In this document: positions 16,677 to 25,983 of the stretch, piece after piece
Layout of the letters: each line of letters starts with the position of its first letter
Position numbering within the stretch: the first letter of the stretch is position 1
Source of the DNA: Spirochaetales bacterium
Lineage (GTDB): Bacteria > Spirochaetota > Spirochaetia > SZUA-6 > DRHE01
Direction: 5' to 3'
Length of the DNA: 34,383 bases
NCBI GenBank assembly: GCA_016935715.1
Contig: JAFGQJ010000087.1
Coordinates: forward strand, 1 to 34,383
The notes under the pieces: generated by a model
Seen by the model: only the letters and a program-made list of their open reading frames with translations
Databases searched by the model: none
What the model was told of the DNA's origin: nothing
Program-made: the position numbers and the translations under genes

Positions 16677-19114
16677 AAGGCCGGCAGCACCGCGAGCATC
16701 AGCGCATAGCAGGCCGCGGCCGGGAGCAGCAGGCGGCTGATCCCCCAGCTCATGGCCAGCGGTACGGCCAGGATCGAAGCCACCACCGAGGCCACGCCGT
16801 TGGCGGCCCAGCCGAAGGCGCGGAAGCGGGGCGTGGGAACCAGGAGACGGAGAGCGACGGGAAAGGGCACGCCCATAAGGAAGGCCAGCGGCGCCAGCAG
16901 GATGAATGAGCCCAGAAGCTGCGCCGCTGCTCCGGCGGCCAGCAGCAGCCGGAGCGCCGCGCCGAACAGCGGGCAGAGCGCCGCCTGGCAGAGGATCAGC
17001 ACGATGAGCACCGGCGGCAGGGCCCGCCGGCTCCAGCGGGCCGACACGGCCCCGCCGATTCCCGACATCACCAGCAGCTCGGCCAGCACCACCGTGAAGG
17101 CGATCACCGGGTTGCCGAACACGAAGGTGTAGCCCTGGAGAAAGGCCATCTCCACGAGCATGAATCCCGCGCCGGCGGCCAGAAAATAGAGCACCGCCGC
17201 GGCCCGGCCCCCGCTGCCCGGTCCCGGCTCCGGAGCCGCGGCCGTCCGGGGGGGAATCAGCCGGGGCAGGAGCAGCAGCACCAGGCCCAACACTGCGGCG
17301 ATGCCGAGGACCACGAGAACGACCGTCTCGCCGGAGAGCAGGAGGGTGTAGAAACGGCTCCCCGTGGAGCGGAACAGGGCACCGAGCTTCGACCAGCGGG
17401 TGAAGCGGCTGTGAAAGGGCCGGTCGTCCCGGGCGGGGGAGATATCCAGATAGTAGGAACGGAAATATTCCTCCCCCCTGTTCTCCTGAAGTGCCGCCTG
17501 CAGCCGCTGTATCTCCCGGTAGTGGAAGGGCTCCGCGAAACTGTTGAACCTGTTGACCTCCTGCCCGCCTATCCCCGTGTAAGATACCGGATCGAAGTTG
17601 CGGCTGAGGCAGAAATCCCGCAGATCCTCCAGGTCCGAGGCATCGAAGGGCGTGGGAGAAGCCAGGAGCGTGTAGCTGTCCCAGCCGCGGATCAGGATCA
17701 GGTGAGTGCCCGGACTGCGCACACCGAGGCTGTCGAGGGCGCTGAAAGCGGCGGCGAAGACCTTCAGGGAATCGGAGGGCGGCAGGAGCAGCCTGCGGGA
17801 CAGGATCAGCACTCCCTGCGGGTTCAGACGCCGCAGGCAGGAGGCCAAGGCTTCCACGGTCAGCAGATGCTGCTGGTCCAGGCTGGCCATGCCGGGCACC
17901 GACGGCCCCCAGGCCTCCACCTGTATCCGGTCGTATAGACTCCTATCCCTGGCCAGATGGCGCCGCAGGTTGCCCGAAGCGACGCTGATCTTCGCCTGCG
18001 ACCGCTTCTCCCAAGAGGAGCTTCGCTCCCGGTAGGCGGCGGCCGCCTCGGGATGTTCGACCAGCAGGGTGATCTCCCGCGCCCCGGCGGAGACGGCGCA
18101 GGGAAGGCTCAGGCCTCCGCCCTGCTGCAGGATCAGGACCCGGCCGCCCCTCCCGTTTCCGCCCTTCCCGTTCCCGCCGGGCAGCGGCCGGAGCGAATAG
18201 CCGGCGTAGGAATGCAGGTAGCGGCTGAACTGCGCGGCTCGATCATCCCCCGGATCGTAGAGCACGAACAGGGCGTCCCCGTCCTGAACAAGAAAGTCGG
18301 CCGGGGGGAGATCCCCCGTGTACTTCAGGCTCAATCCCGGGGCGAAGCGGATGTAGGGGCTGCTCACGCGGTCCAGGCGTCCCCGGATCGTGTTGCTTCG
18401 GGACTCTACCGAGGTTTCCGGAAACTGAAGCACCTGGGGCAGCAGCTTGTACGGGGAGGGGTGGATCTCGAGATGCTTTCCCCCCCCATAGAGCAGCAGC
18501 GCACCGGTGATCAGGAATAGCGCCGCCGCTGGTAGAAAGACCGGCCAGCTGCGGGCCAGCAGGGAGCGCAGGAGCGGAACAGCCAGCAGCAGCAGGGCGC
18601 AGCAGAGCACGATCCGGCCTTCCCCCAGGCGGGGGAGCAGCGAAGCCGGAAGCAGGGCCCCCACCGCCGAGCCGAGCATATTGGCGAAATAGATCCATCC
18701 CGTCTGACCGGGCATGCCGGCAAAGGTCAGGGACACCACGGCCCCGGAACAGAAGAAGGGCACCAGCAGCAGAATGAAGGTGAGTGCAAGATAGGCGCCC
18801 TGCAGCCACTCCAGTGGCATGCGGAAGTAATCCAGGGGGATATTCTTCACGGACAGGAAGGATCCGCCGATGGCCAGGGAACAGAACAGCAGCAGCAGCG
18901 TGAATCGCGGTGAATCGAGCGTGCGGGCCGACCAGCCGGGACTGCGCCTCTCCACCAGGCTGAGCACGCTGCCGCTGGCCGCGAAGCCGAACATGACGAT
19001 GCTGATGACCATGAAGGAGAGGTGGTTCCACTGCGAGTAGGAGAAGAAGCGGGTCAGCAGGACCTCGTAGCACAGGGAGGTGAGAGAGACCGTGAATACA
19101 GCCGGGAACACCAT
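16610..19114 (-). CDS. Polytopic membrane protein with a central spermidine-synthase-like (class I methyltransferase fold) domain; 'fused MFS/spermidine synthase'-type with a second C-terminal membrane domain
   Basis: Track ORF 16610..19369 trimmed to Met 86 (MVFPAVFTVSLTSLCYEVLLTRFFS), 17 nt after the pcm stop. The central segment RVLILQQGGGLS...EITLLVEHPEAAAAY...YDRIQVEAWGPSVPGMASL....LRRLNPQGVLIL aligns with the SpeE motifs. Residues ~630-834 are again multi-TM (AGAGFMLVEMAFLQGYTFVFGNP). Confidence 0.7.
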   Translation of the reverse strand: MVFPAVFTVSLTSLCYEVLLTRFFSYSQWNHLSFMVISIVMFGFAASGSVLSLVERRSPGWSARTLDSPRFTLLLLFCSLAIGGSFLSVKNIPLDYFRMPLEWLQGAYLALTFILLLVPFFCSGAVVSLTFAGMPGQTGWIYFANMLGSAVGALLPASLLPRLGEGRIVLCCALLLLAVPLLRSLLARSWPVFLPAAALFLITGALLLYGGGKHLEIHPSPYKLLPQVLQFPETSVESRSNTIRGRLDRVSSPYIRFAPGLSLKYTGDLPPADFLVQDGDALFVLYDPGDDRAAQFSRYLHSYAGYSLRPLPGGNGKGGNGRGGRVLILQQGGGLSLPCAVSAGAREITLLVEHPEAAAAYRERSSSWEKRSQAKISVASGNLRRHLARDRSLYDRIQVEAWGPSVPGMASLDQQHLLTVEALASCLRRLNPQGVLILSRRLLLPPSDSLKVFAAAFSALDSLGVRSPGTHLILIRGWDSYTLLASPTPFDASDLEDLRDFCLSRNFDPVSYTGIGGQEVNRFNSFAEPFHYREIQRLQAALQENRGEEYFRSYYLDISPARDDRPFHSRFTRWSKLGALFRSTGSRFYTLLLSGETVVLVVLGIAAVLGLVLLLLPRLIPPRTAAAPEPGPGSGGRAAAVLYFLAAGAGFMLVEMAFLQGYTFVFGNPVIAFTVVLAELLVMSGIGGAVSARWSRRALPPVLIVLILCQAALCPLFGAALRLLLAAGAAAQLLGSFILLAPLAFLMGVPFPVALRLLVPTPRFRAFGWAANGVASVVASILAVPLAMSWGISRLLLPAAACYALMLAVLPAFQRLNRRIRNSHLSSPTENQGT

Positions 19115-19131
19115 GACGGTTCGGCGGACCC

Positions 19132-19866
19132 CTACCTGTATTTCTCCAGGGCTTTTCCGGTCATCGGCACGAACAGCACGCCCGTGATCTGTTGAAGCCG
19201 AAAGTCCTCCCCCTTCCTGGTGACCACCACCAGATTCTGGAAGCTGAAGGGATGGCCCAGGGGCAGAACCAGCCTGCCTCCGTCGACCAGCTGCTGCAGC
19301 AGCGGCGGGGGCACGTGATCCACCGCCGCGGTGATGATGATGCCGTCGAAGGGCGCCTCCTGCTCCCATCCGTAGTACCCGTCGCCGTGGAGGGTGCGGA
19401 CATTGTCGTACCCCAGCTCCCGGAGGACGTCCGTGGCCCGGTCGTGCAGGAGCTCCTTGATCTCGATGGAGAATACCTCCCCGGCCAGACCGGACAACAC
19501 GGCGGCCTGATATCCGGAGCCGGTGCCGATCTCCAGGACCCGGTGCTCCGGCCGCACCGCGAGCAGCTCGGTCATCAGGGCTACGATATAGGGCTGTGAG
19601 ATGGTCTGCCCCTCTCCGATCGGGAGGGGCGAGTCGTCGTAGGCCCGGTCCTGCAGCGTCCGGGGTACGAACAGGTGCCGGGGCACGGCGCGCATCGCCT
19701 CCAGGACCTCCCTGTCCCCCACCCCCCGTGCCTCAATCTGCCGGCTCACCATGTCGAAGCGCTTCTGCCGCATGGCCCTGGGCTCGTCCCAGGCGCCGGC
19801 GCAGGGCGCCAGCAGGGTCATGGCCGTCAGGGCGCAGGCGGCCAGCATCGCCAGTCTGAGCTTCAT
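19132..19866 (-). CDS. pcm: Protein-L-isoaspartate O-methyltransferase with N-terminal signal peptide
   Basis: VPRHLFVP......AY.D.PLPIGEGQTISQPYIVALMTELL..RPEHRVLEIGTGSGYQAAVLS is the Pcm signature. The N-terminus MKLRLAMLAACALTAMTLLAPCAGAW looks like an export or lipoprotein signal. GGAGGAGG ribosome-binding site. Confidence 0.85.
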   Translation of the reverse strand: MKLRLAMLAACALTAMTLLAPCAGAWDEPRAMRQKRFDMVSRQIEARGVGDREVLEAMRAVPRHLFVPRTLQDRAYDDSPLPIGEGQTISQPYIVALMTELLAVRPEHRVLEIGTGSGYQAAVLSGLAGEVFSIEIKELLHDRATDVLRELGYDNVRTLHGDGYYGWEQEAPFDGIIITAAVDHVPPPLLQQLVDGGRLVLPLGHPFSFQNLVVVTRKGEDFRLQQITGVLFVPMTGKALEKYR

Positions 19867-19952
19867 CTCATCCTCCTCCCCTTCAGTATACTCCAGCCGT
19901 GCCCGTCATTGAAACTCGTGCCCGCACCGCTTCAGGGCGCTTCAGCTTTCGA

Positions 19953-19982
19953 TTGGCAAAAGACCGCGAAAGCGGGTAGAAT
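19953..19982 (+). promoter_or_regulatory. Candidate sigma70-type promoter (TTGGCA-18-TAGAAT) for the GNAT gene
   Basis: Hexamer match in the 205-bp divergent pcm/GNAT intergenic region, about 90 nt upstream of ATG 20072. Confidence 0.3.
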
Positions 19983-20071
19983 GACAGCCTGGAGGCGGGC
20001 AGACGGCAGCCTGGCGGAGGAGAATACCGAGCAAGGGATCCGGCGGGGCGCGCGGATCGGTTGGGCGGAAG

Positions 20072-21214
20072 ATGAATGTAGCTGTGGAAGAGGTGGAAGA
20101 CAAACGGTCCCTGAGGGAGTTCATCCGCCTTCCCGAGCGGCTCTATCGAAATGATCCGTTATGGTCGCCTCCGATCTGGCTGGAGGAGAGGCGGACATTC
20201 ACCGCCGGCAATCCCCTTCTGGCTCATTCGGACTACGCCCTGTTTCTGGCCCGGTCGGACGGCGGGGCGGAGGGCAGGATCCTGGCCTACATCGACCACA
20301 AGTTCAACGACTTCTACGGCGCCAGGATCGGCATGTTCGGCTCCTTCGAGACTGCAAACAGGATCGAGGTGGCGGAGGCTCTGCTTTCAGGGGCCGGGCG
20401 CTGGCTGGCCGCCCGCGGCATGGAATCGATCCGCGGGCCCCTCAACCCGGTGGCGGAGTGCTGGGGCTCCCTGTACCGCGGCTTCGACCGGCCGGCCACC
20501 TTCATGATGCCCTACAACCCGCCGTACTACAACGCCTGCCTGCAGGAACTGGGCTTCGAAAAGGTCAAGGATCTCTTTGCCTTCGAGGGGGACGCCGGGC
20601 AGGGCTACCGCATGCCGGAGCGCTTCATCCGTTTCCGGGAAAAGCTGCTGGCCCGCCGTCCGCAGATCCACGTCCGCCGCATCGATATGAGGCACCTCGA
20701 CCGGGAAGCCGAGTCGATCTGGCGGATCTCGAACCAGGCGATCCGGGGCAACTGGGGCTGGGTTCCCTACGACAGGGAAGAGCTGAACGCGACGCTCAGG
20801 CAGCTCAAACCCATCGTCGATCCCGATGCGATCTGGATCGTGGAGGATGCGGGCCGGACGGTCGGCTTCTGTCTGGGCTTCCCCGACATCAACATCATCC
20901 TCAGGCGGATCGGGGGCCGTCTGTTTCCCTTCGGCTTCATCGCACTGCTGGCAGGGCGGAGGCGCCTGCGGGAGTACCGGCTGTTCGGCCTGGCCGTGCT
21001 GCCGGAGTATCACAGCCTCGGCCTGGACGTTCTGCTGTACATGAGCCTGTTCGAAGCCCTCGCCCCCCGGGGCGTGCGCATGGAGGCCAGCTACGTCCTG
21101 GAGGACAACTCGAGCATGATCAATGCCCTGCTCAAGCTGGGCTTGAAGCAGACGAAAACCTACAGAATCTATGAAAAAGCGCTCGGCGCTGCTACGAAAG
21201 GAGGGAGAAGATGA
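20072..21214 (+). CDS. GNAT-like N-acetyltransferase family protein (uncharacterised ~380-aa subfamily)
   Basis: 380 aa. The C-terminal half has an acyl-CoA N-acyltransferase-like pattern (RLFGLAVLPEYHSLGLDVLLYMSLFEAL). The family call is by eye only. Confidence 0.55.
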   Translation: MNVAVEEVEDKRSLREFIRLPERLYRNDPLWSPPIWLEERRTFTAGNPLLAHSDYALFLARSDGGAEGRILAYIDHKFNDFYGARIGMFGSFETANRIEVAEALLSGAGRWLAARGMESIRGPLNPVAECWGSLYRGFDRPATFMMPYNPPYYNACLQELGFEKVKDLFAFEGDAGQGYRMPERFIRFREKLLARRPQIHVRRIDMRHLDREAESIWRISNQAIRGNWGWVPYDREELNATLRQLKPIVDPDAIWIVEDAGRTVGFCLGFPDINIILRRIGGRLFPFGFIALLAGRRRLREYRLFGLAVLPEYHSLGLDVLLYMSLFEALAPRGVRMEASYVLEDNSSMINALLKLGLKQTKTYRIYEKALGAATKGGRR

Positions 21215-22065
21215 TCGTCACCGGCATCGCTGACGAGGGCTCCCCGGAGCTCGAGGAACAGATCCGCATCCACAGGACCCTGGGCTGGAACACCCTGGAG
21301 CTGCGCCTGATCGGCAAGACCAATGTCTGCGCCGTGGACGAGGCGGCCTTCGAGGAGGTCTATCGAACGGTGCGGGAGGCTGAGATGGAGGTGGTCTGCT
21401 TTGCCTCCTCCATTGCCAACTGGGCCCGGCCCGTCACCTCGGACTTCCAGCTGGATGTCCGGGAGCTGAAAACCGCGGGTCCCCGCATGCACCGTCTGGG
21501 AACCCGCTTCATCCGGGTCATGTCCTATCCCAACGACGGATTGTCCGAGGCGGACTGGCGCAGGGAGGTGATCCGCCGCATGAAGGAGCTTGCCCGCATC
21601 GCCGCGGAGGAGGATGTGGTGATGGTGCATGAGAACTGCTCCGGCTGGGGAGGCATGAGCGCGGAGAACCAGAGAATCCTCCTCGAGGAGGTCCACTCCT
21701 CCAACCTGCAGATCGTCTTCGACACGGGCAATCCCGTCGGTGAGGGACACCCGCCGGAGGAGACCTGGGATTTCTACCAGACGGCGCTGCCGTTCATCAA
21801 GCACGTCCACATCAAGGACTGCCGCAGGAACGACAAGGGCGAGATCGAATACACCTACCCGGGAGAGGGTCAGAGCATGGTGCGCAGGATCCTGAGCTCC
21901 CTCATGGACCTGGGATACGAGGGGGCCTTCTCCATCGAGCCCCACATCACCGCCCAGATCCACCTGGGCACGACTTCCAGCGGCAGGGAGGCGGAAGAGA
22001 TCTACCTGGAGTACGGACGCAGGACCAACGCCATGCTGGCGGAGCTTGCCGGGGAGGCCGGATAG
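21211..22065 (+). CDS. Sugar phosphate isomerase/epimerase (xylose-isomerase-like TIM barrel)
   Basis: 284 aa. ...FIRVMSYP...VMVHENCSGWG....IVFDTGNP....IKHVHIKD......PGEG.......L...GYEGAFSIEPH is typical of the AP_endonuc_2/TIM family. ATGA overlap with the GNAT stop. Confidence 0.8.
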   Translation: MIVTGIADEGSPELEEQIRIHRTLGWNTLELRLIGKTNVCAVDEAAFEEVYRTVREAEMEVVCFASSIANWARPVTSDFQLDVRELKTAGPRMHRLGTRFIRVMSYPNDGLSEADWRREVIRRMKELARIAAEEDVVMVHENCSGWGGMSAENQRILLEEVHSSNLQIVFDTGNPVGEGHPPEETWDFYQTALPFIKHVHIKDCRRNDKGEIEYTYPGEGQSMVRRILSSLMDLGYEGAFSIEPHITAQIHLGTTSSGREAEEIYLEYGRRTNAMLAELAGEAG

Positions 22066-22608
22066 CTACTGCCCGTTCAGGGCGAATCCCCGCTCCAGGC
22101 AGCGCTTGTTGATCTCATTCAGGTTCCTGTGCCTGGCGGAGACAGCCTGGTCCAGGGTCGCCCGGATCGAGTCCAGTGAGGCGATCTCCGGTTTGATGGC
22201 GGCCAGCAGGCCGAGCATGATCATGTTGGCCGAGCGGGCGCTTCCCTCCCGTTCGGCCAGCTCGTTGGCCGGTACGGAAATCCGGCGGATATCCCCCCGG
22301 GAGGGCTCGATATCGATCAGGGAGCTGTTGTACAGCAGGGTGCCGCCCTCCCTGAGCCTGGGCTCGAACTTGATCAGGGAGGGCTTGTTCATCACCACGC
22401 ACACCGAGGGATGGGGAATCACCGGGGAGGCGATCTCCTGGTCGCTGATCACCACCGAGCAGTTGGCCGTGCCGCCACGCATCTCGGCGCCGTAGGACGG
22501 GATGTGGGTGACCCGCTTTCCCTCCTTCATCGCCGCCAGGCAGATGATCGTGCCGGAGAGGATGATGCCCTGGCCGCCGAAACCGGCAAAGATGATTTCT
22601 TCCCGCAT
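22066..22608 (-). CDS. 2-oxoacid:ferredoxin oxidoreductase, gamma subunit
   Basis: 180 aa. The N-terminus IIFAGFGGQGIILSGTIICLAAMKEGKRVTHIPSYGAEMRGGTANCSVVIS is the canonical gamma-subunit N-terminus. Confidence 0.85.
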   Translation of the reverse strand: MREEIIFAGFGGQGIILSGTIICLAAMKEGKRVTHIPSYGAEMRGGTANCSVVISDQEIASPVIPHPSVCVVMNKPSLIKFEPRLREGGTLLYNSSLIDIEPSRGDIRRISVPANELAEREGSARSANMIMLGLLAAIKPEIASLDSIRATLDQAVSARHRNLNEINKRCLERGFALNGQ

Positions 22609-22619
22609 GGCTTACACTC

Positions 22620-23375
22620 CTACCTGTCCCGGAAGTTGCCCAGGGGATAGTAGGCGACCATCTCGGTGCCTACCCACTCCGCCGCAGCCTGGCTGTCCAT
22701 CCCCCAGTTGGTGGGACACATGGACAGGTATTCGACGAAGGAGAAACCCCGGCCCTTGACCTGGTTCTCGATGGCTTTCCGGGTGGCCCGCCTGGCCTTG
22801 AGGATATGGGGGACATCGTGCACCGAGCAGCGCTCGATGAAAACCGGCGCCTCCAGCGTGTTCAGCAGCTCGCAGGCCCGGATCGGCATACCCGCCTCCG
22901 CCGGATTGCGGCCGTAGGGGGACGTCTTGGTCTTCTGTCCGGCCAGAGAGGTCGGGGCCATCTGGCCTCCGGTCATGCCGTAGACGGCGTTGTTCACGAA
23001 CAGGACCGTGATGTTTTCCCCGCGGTTTGCGGTGTGAATCGTCTCCGCGGTGCCGATGGCCAGAAGGTCCCCGTCCCCCTGGTAGGAGATCACCAGCCGG
23101 TCGGGCAGGACCCGCTTGACCCCCGTGGCCACGGCCGGGGCCCGTCCGTGGGCCGCTTCCAATCCGTCGGCGTCGATGTAGTCGTATATCAGAACCGCGC
23201 ATCCCACCGGGGCGATGACTATGGTCCTGCTCCGCATGCCCAGCTCGTCGATGACCTGGGCCATGAGCCTGTGGATGATTCCGTGCCCGCAGCCCGGACA
23301 GTAGTGGGTGGGTACATCGATGAGTGTCTCGGGTCTGGAGAACACCCGTTTGGCTTCTGCGCCTTTAGCTGTCAT
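22620..23375 (-). CDS. 2-oxoacid:ferredoxin oxidoreductase, beta (TPP-binding) subunit
   Basis: 251 aa. [13 protein letters not shown]...[43 protein letters not shown] is the TPP motif GDG...NN. Confidence 0.9.
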   Translation of the reverse strand: MTAKGAEAKRVFSRPETLIDVPTHYCPGCGHGIIHRLMAQVIDELGMRSRTIVIAPVGCAVLIYDYIDADGLEAAHGRAPAVATGVKRVLPDRLVISYQGDGDLLAIGTAETIHTANRGENITVLFVNNAVYGMTGGQMAPTSLAGQKTKTSPYGRNPAEAGMPIRACELLNTLEAPVFIERCSVHDVPHILKARRATRKAIENQVKGRGFSFVEYLSMCPTNWGMDSQAAAEWVGTEMVAYYPLGNFRDR

Positions 23376-24435
23376 GGCCTGTTATCCTTTTTATGATCTC
23401 CCGCTCTTCGACGAGCATGGCGCCCATGCGGCCGTAAAACTCGATCGGGACTCTGCCCCCCAGCGCCAGGCGCACATCTTCGAGCATCTGCCCCGCGTTC
23501 ATCTCCACCACGAGCACCTTGCTCTTGCCCTCCGCCTGCTCGAGCAGCTGCCGATAGGGGAAAGGCCAGAGTGTGATCGGACGTAAAAGACCGGCCTTCA
23601 CTCCCGCCTCCCGCAGCTGGTTCACCGCGGCTTTACAGATGCGGGCGGCCAGCCCGAAAGCGACCAGCAGAACTTCCGCGTCCCGGCACTGATAGCATTC
23701 GAAGCGGATCTCCGCGGCTTCGATCTCGCGATACTTTTCCTGGAGACGGAGGTTGATTTTCTCCACCCCGTCCTCCGGCTTGAGCCGCAGCGAAGCGATC
23801 ACCCGGCGTTCGCGGCCCTGCGCGCCGTCGAGGATCCAGGAGGACTTGTCGTACCGCTTCTCCGGCGGCTCGGGCAGAACGAGGGATTCGGACATCTGCC
23901 CGAGATAGCCGTCGCCCAGGATCATGGTCACGATCCGGTACCTGTCGGAGAGGTCGAAGGCGGAGACGGTCAGGTCGGCCAGTTCCTGAACGGAAGCGGG
24001 AGCCAGGACGATCATGTGATAGTCCCCGTGGCCTCCTCCCTTGGTGGCCTGGAAGTAGTCCCCCTGAGCCCCGGAAATATTGCCCAGCCCCGGCCCGCCG
24101 CGCATCATGTTCACCACCACGGCGGGAAGCTCGGTGCCTGCCAGGTAGGAAAGACCCTCCTGTTTGAGGCTGATTCCCGGGGAGCTGGAGGAGGTCATGG
24201 TTCTGCCTCCGGCAGCGGCCGCCCCGAAAACCATGTTGATCGAGGCGATCTCGCTCTCTGCCTGCAGGAAGGTGCCTCCTACCTCGGGCATGCGCCTGGC
24301 CATGTAGGCGGCGATCTCGTTCTGTGGGGTTATCGGATAGGCGAAGTAGTAGCGGCAGCCGGCGATGATCGCCGACTCGGCTATGGCCTCGTTTCCGCGC
24401 ATCAGTACGGGTTGCACCACGGGAATCCCTTTCAA
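23365..24435 (-). CDS. 2-oxoacid:ferredoxin oxidoreductase, alpha subunit
   Basis: [31 protein letters not shown]... is the conserved alpha N-terminus. The track ORF (to 24603) overlaps the delta gene. The likely start is TTG 24435, which overlaps the delta stop by 2 nt; the alternative is ATG 24402. Confidence 0.85.
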   Translation of the reverse strand: MKGIPVVQPVLMRGNEAIAESAIIAGCRYYFAYPITPQNEIAAYMARRMPEVGGTFLQAESEIASINMVFGAAAAGGRTMTSSSSPGISLKQEGLSYLAGTELPAVVVNMMRGGPGLGNISGAQGDYFQATKGGGHGDYHMIVLAPASVQELADLTVSAFDLSDRYRIVTMILGDGYLGQMSESLVLPEPPEKRYDKSSWILDGAQGRERRVIASLRLKPEDGVEKINLRLQEKYREIEAAEIRFECYQCRDAEVLLVAFGLAARICKAAVNQLREAGVKAGLLRPITLWPFPYRQLLEQAEGKSKVLVVEMNAGQMLEDVRLALGGRVPIEFYGRMGAMLVEEREIIKRITGHDS

Positions 24436-24656
24436 CTTGCTTTGGCGAAACGCAAGATTTCGATGGCCGTGTCCGGACAGACGATGGCGCAGGACATGCA
24501 CGCCGTGCAGCGGTCCGGATCGAAGCAGACCGCGTAGTGGTGGCCCTGCTCGTTGAACGACTCTGCAAGTTCGAGAATGGCTTCGGGGCAGGCCTTGACG
24601 CACAGGCCGCAGCCCTTGCAGCGCTCCGTGTTGATTTCAGGTTTACCTCTGGCCAA
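24432..24656 (-). CDS. 2-oxoacid:ferredoxin oxidoreductase, delta subunit (2x[4Fe-4S] ferredoxin)
   Basis: 74 aa with two CxxCxxCxxxCP motifs (CKGCGLCVKACP, CTACMSCAIVCP). TTG start with GGGAG 7 nt upstream. Confidence 0.85.
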   Translation of the reverse strand: MARGKPEINTERCKGCGLCVKACPEAILELAESFNEQGHHYAVCFDPDRCTACMSCAIVCPDTAIEILRFAKAS

Positions 24657-24754
24657 TACTGTACTCCCAGCTTTTGAACTATTCGGGGATTTTTGTGTGT
24701 TCGATTAGATGGACAGGGAAACGGTCCGAAAGGTTGCAGGAAATCCGAGCCGGC

Positions 24755-25621
24755 TCATGAATCTCCCAGCTCGACCCGGCGGGCTCGCTCCCTGAGGGAA
24801 CGGCTGAAGGAGATCCGCGGAGCCGCCTCCTCGGGCCGGGCCGGGACGGTCATCTCCCTGCCCGTGGCCGGATTGACGATCACGCGGGCCTTGCGGGCCG
24901 AGCGCTTCTTCAGGGACAGCCTGCCGATCTTCCCCAGCGGCACCCGTTCGCCGAGCAGCATCCCGGATTCGATCATGGTGAGGTAGTCACCCACGAGACG
25001 ACGGACCTGTTTCTGGGTCATCCCGTTCTTTCGGGCCAGATAGGCGATGATCGCCCGGCTGTTGAACTGCTCTGGCAGCTCCTGCCCGGCGGAGAGAACG
25101 GTCCGGTTGATCTTCACGAAGCCGTTGGTCAAAAAGATGGTCGCCTCCCGGATGCGCTTCTCCTGCTCCTCCGGCGGAACCTCCCGCGGACAGACGGCGA
25201 TCTTCAGCAGCTTCGAGGTGCTTCGAACCTTGCCGCCGCTGAGCTGCGCTTCGCTGTCCAGCCGCACGTCCCCGGCCAGGCCGCTGCCCTCCATGATCAC
25301 AAGGTCCGGAACATCGGCGCGCAGGGAGATGCTGGCGTACTCCACCTGCCTGCCGGCGCCGGCGAGCGTTCCCAGGCTGATCAGGGATCCGGAGTAGGAA
25401 AGCAGCAGAGCTCCCCGGGGATCATCCCTGGAAAAGGACTCCACCTCCTCCATGTCCAGGGCCCGGATCTGGCCTTCGAACATCCGTTTCTTCTCCAGCC
25501 AGACCATGGCCATCTTCTCGAAGGACTCCTCGGTATCGGGAAGTCCCGAGCTGCGGGTGATCGTCTTCAGGTGGGAACGCACCGTGTCGGACAAACCCGC
25601 GATTTCCTCGTTCATCCTCAC
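24755..25621 (-). CDS. Two-domain protein: unrecognised ~170-aa N-domain ('domain X') fused to a C-terminal HU/IHF (DNABII) DNA-binding domain
   Basis: 288 aa. Residues ~187-281 (nt 24779..25063) read NSRAIIAYLARKNGMTQKQVRRLVGDYLTMIESGMLLGERVPLGKIGRLSLKKRSARKARVIVNPATGREMTVPARPEEAAPRISFSRSLRERA. This is the HU layout: helix-turn-helix body, then a beta-arm with R..NP.TG. The N-domain is paralogous to ORF 26092..26622. ATGA overlap with the FHA gene stop. Confidence 0.7.
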   Translation of the reverse strand: MRMNEEIAGLSDTVRSHLKTITRSSGLPDTEESFEKMAMVWLEKKRMFEGQIRALDMEEVESFSRDDPRGALLLSYSGSLISLGTLAGAGRQVEYASISLRADVPDLVIMEGSGLAGDVRLDSEAQLSGGKVRSTSKLLKIAVCPREVPPEEQEKRIREATIFLTNGFVKINRTVLSAGQELPEQFNSRAIIAYLARKNGMTQKQVRRLVGDYLTMIESGMLLGERVPLGKIGRLSLKKRSARKARVIVNPATGREMTVPARPEEAAPRISFSRSLRERARRVELGDS

Positions 25622-25983
25622 TCCTCCTGTTCGCCTTCCTCGATCCCGTGCTCGGCCAGCCAGGATTTGGCGTTCGGCCAGCGGAAGCGCAGCTGCGTCT
25701 TTCCCAGGGTGATCAGGTAGCCGTCCCTGAGGTTCTTCTGGATGTACTGCTTCTCCTTGACCCGGGTCTTGTTCAGGCTGCCGAGATCCATCATGGTGAA
25801 GTGATCACCCCGGAACACGATCTGGCAGTGCTTGCGGGAAACGTAGGGATCCGGGAGGTGCAGGTCACAGTGAGGATCCCTGCCGATCGTCACGGTCTTG
25901 TGGGCGATGGGGAAGGTGTCTCCCTCCCGCTCGCCGCTGAGGATTTCCAGATAGACTTCCGGCGGGAAAAGCTCCGGCTCCAT
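25618..25983 (-). CDS. Small cytoplasmic FHA-domain protein
   Basis: Track ORF trimmed to Met 14 (MEPELFPPEVYLEIL), with AGGAGG 7 nt upstream. TIGRDPHCDLHLPDPYVSRKHCQIVFRGDHFTMMDLGSLNKTRV has all the FHA pThr-binding positions (GR, SxxH, N). Confidence 0.8.
   Translation of the reverse strand: MEPELFPPEVYLEILSGEREGDTFPIAHKTVTIGRDPHCDLHLPDPYVSRKHCQIVFRGDHFTMMDLGSLNKTRVKEKQYIQKNLRDGYLITLGKTQLRFRWPNAKSWLAEHGIEEGEQEE

Noticed and set aside
16610-19369. N-terminal extensions offered by the ORF track (16610..19369, 1670..3034, 23365..24603, 4017..4868, 4883..6127, 9133..9927, 25618..26022, 8573..9136)
   Set aside because: The extended parts overlap the upstream gene or intergenic DNA and are low-complexity. 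Internal starts coincide with ribosome-binding sites, signal peptides or the conserved family N-termini.
19963-19974. Small hairpins and palindromes: CCGC-GAAA-GCGG (19963-19974), GAGCCGGCTC (24747-24756), CCCG-TGA-CGGG (8038-8048), direct repeat CGCTTCAG x2 (19928-19945)
   Set aside because: They have 4-5 bp stems, no flanking U-tracts and no repetition elsewhere in the window. They are too short to distinguish from chance in GC-rich DNA.
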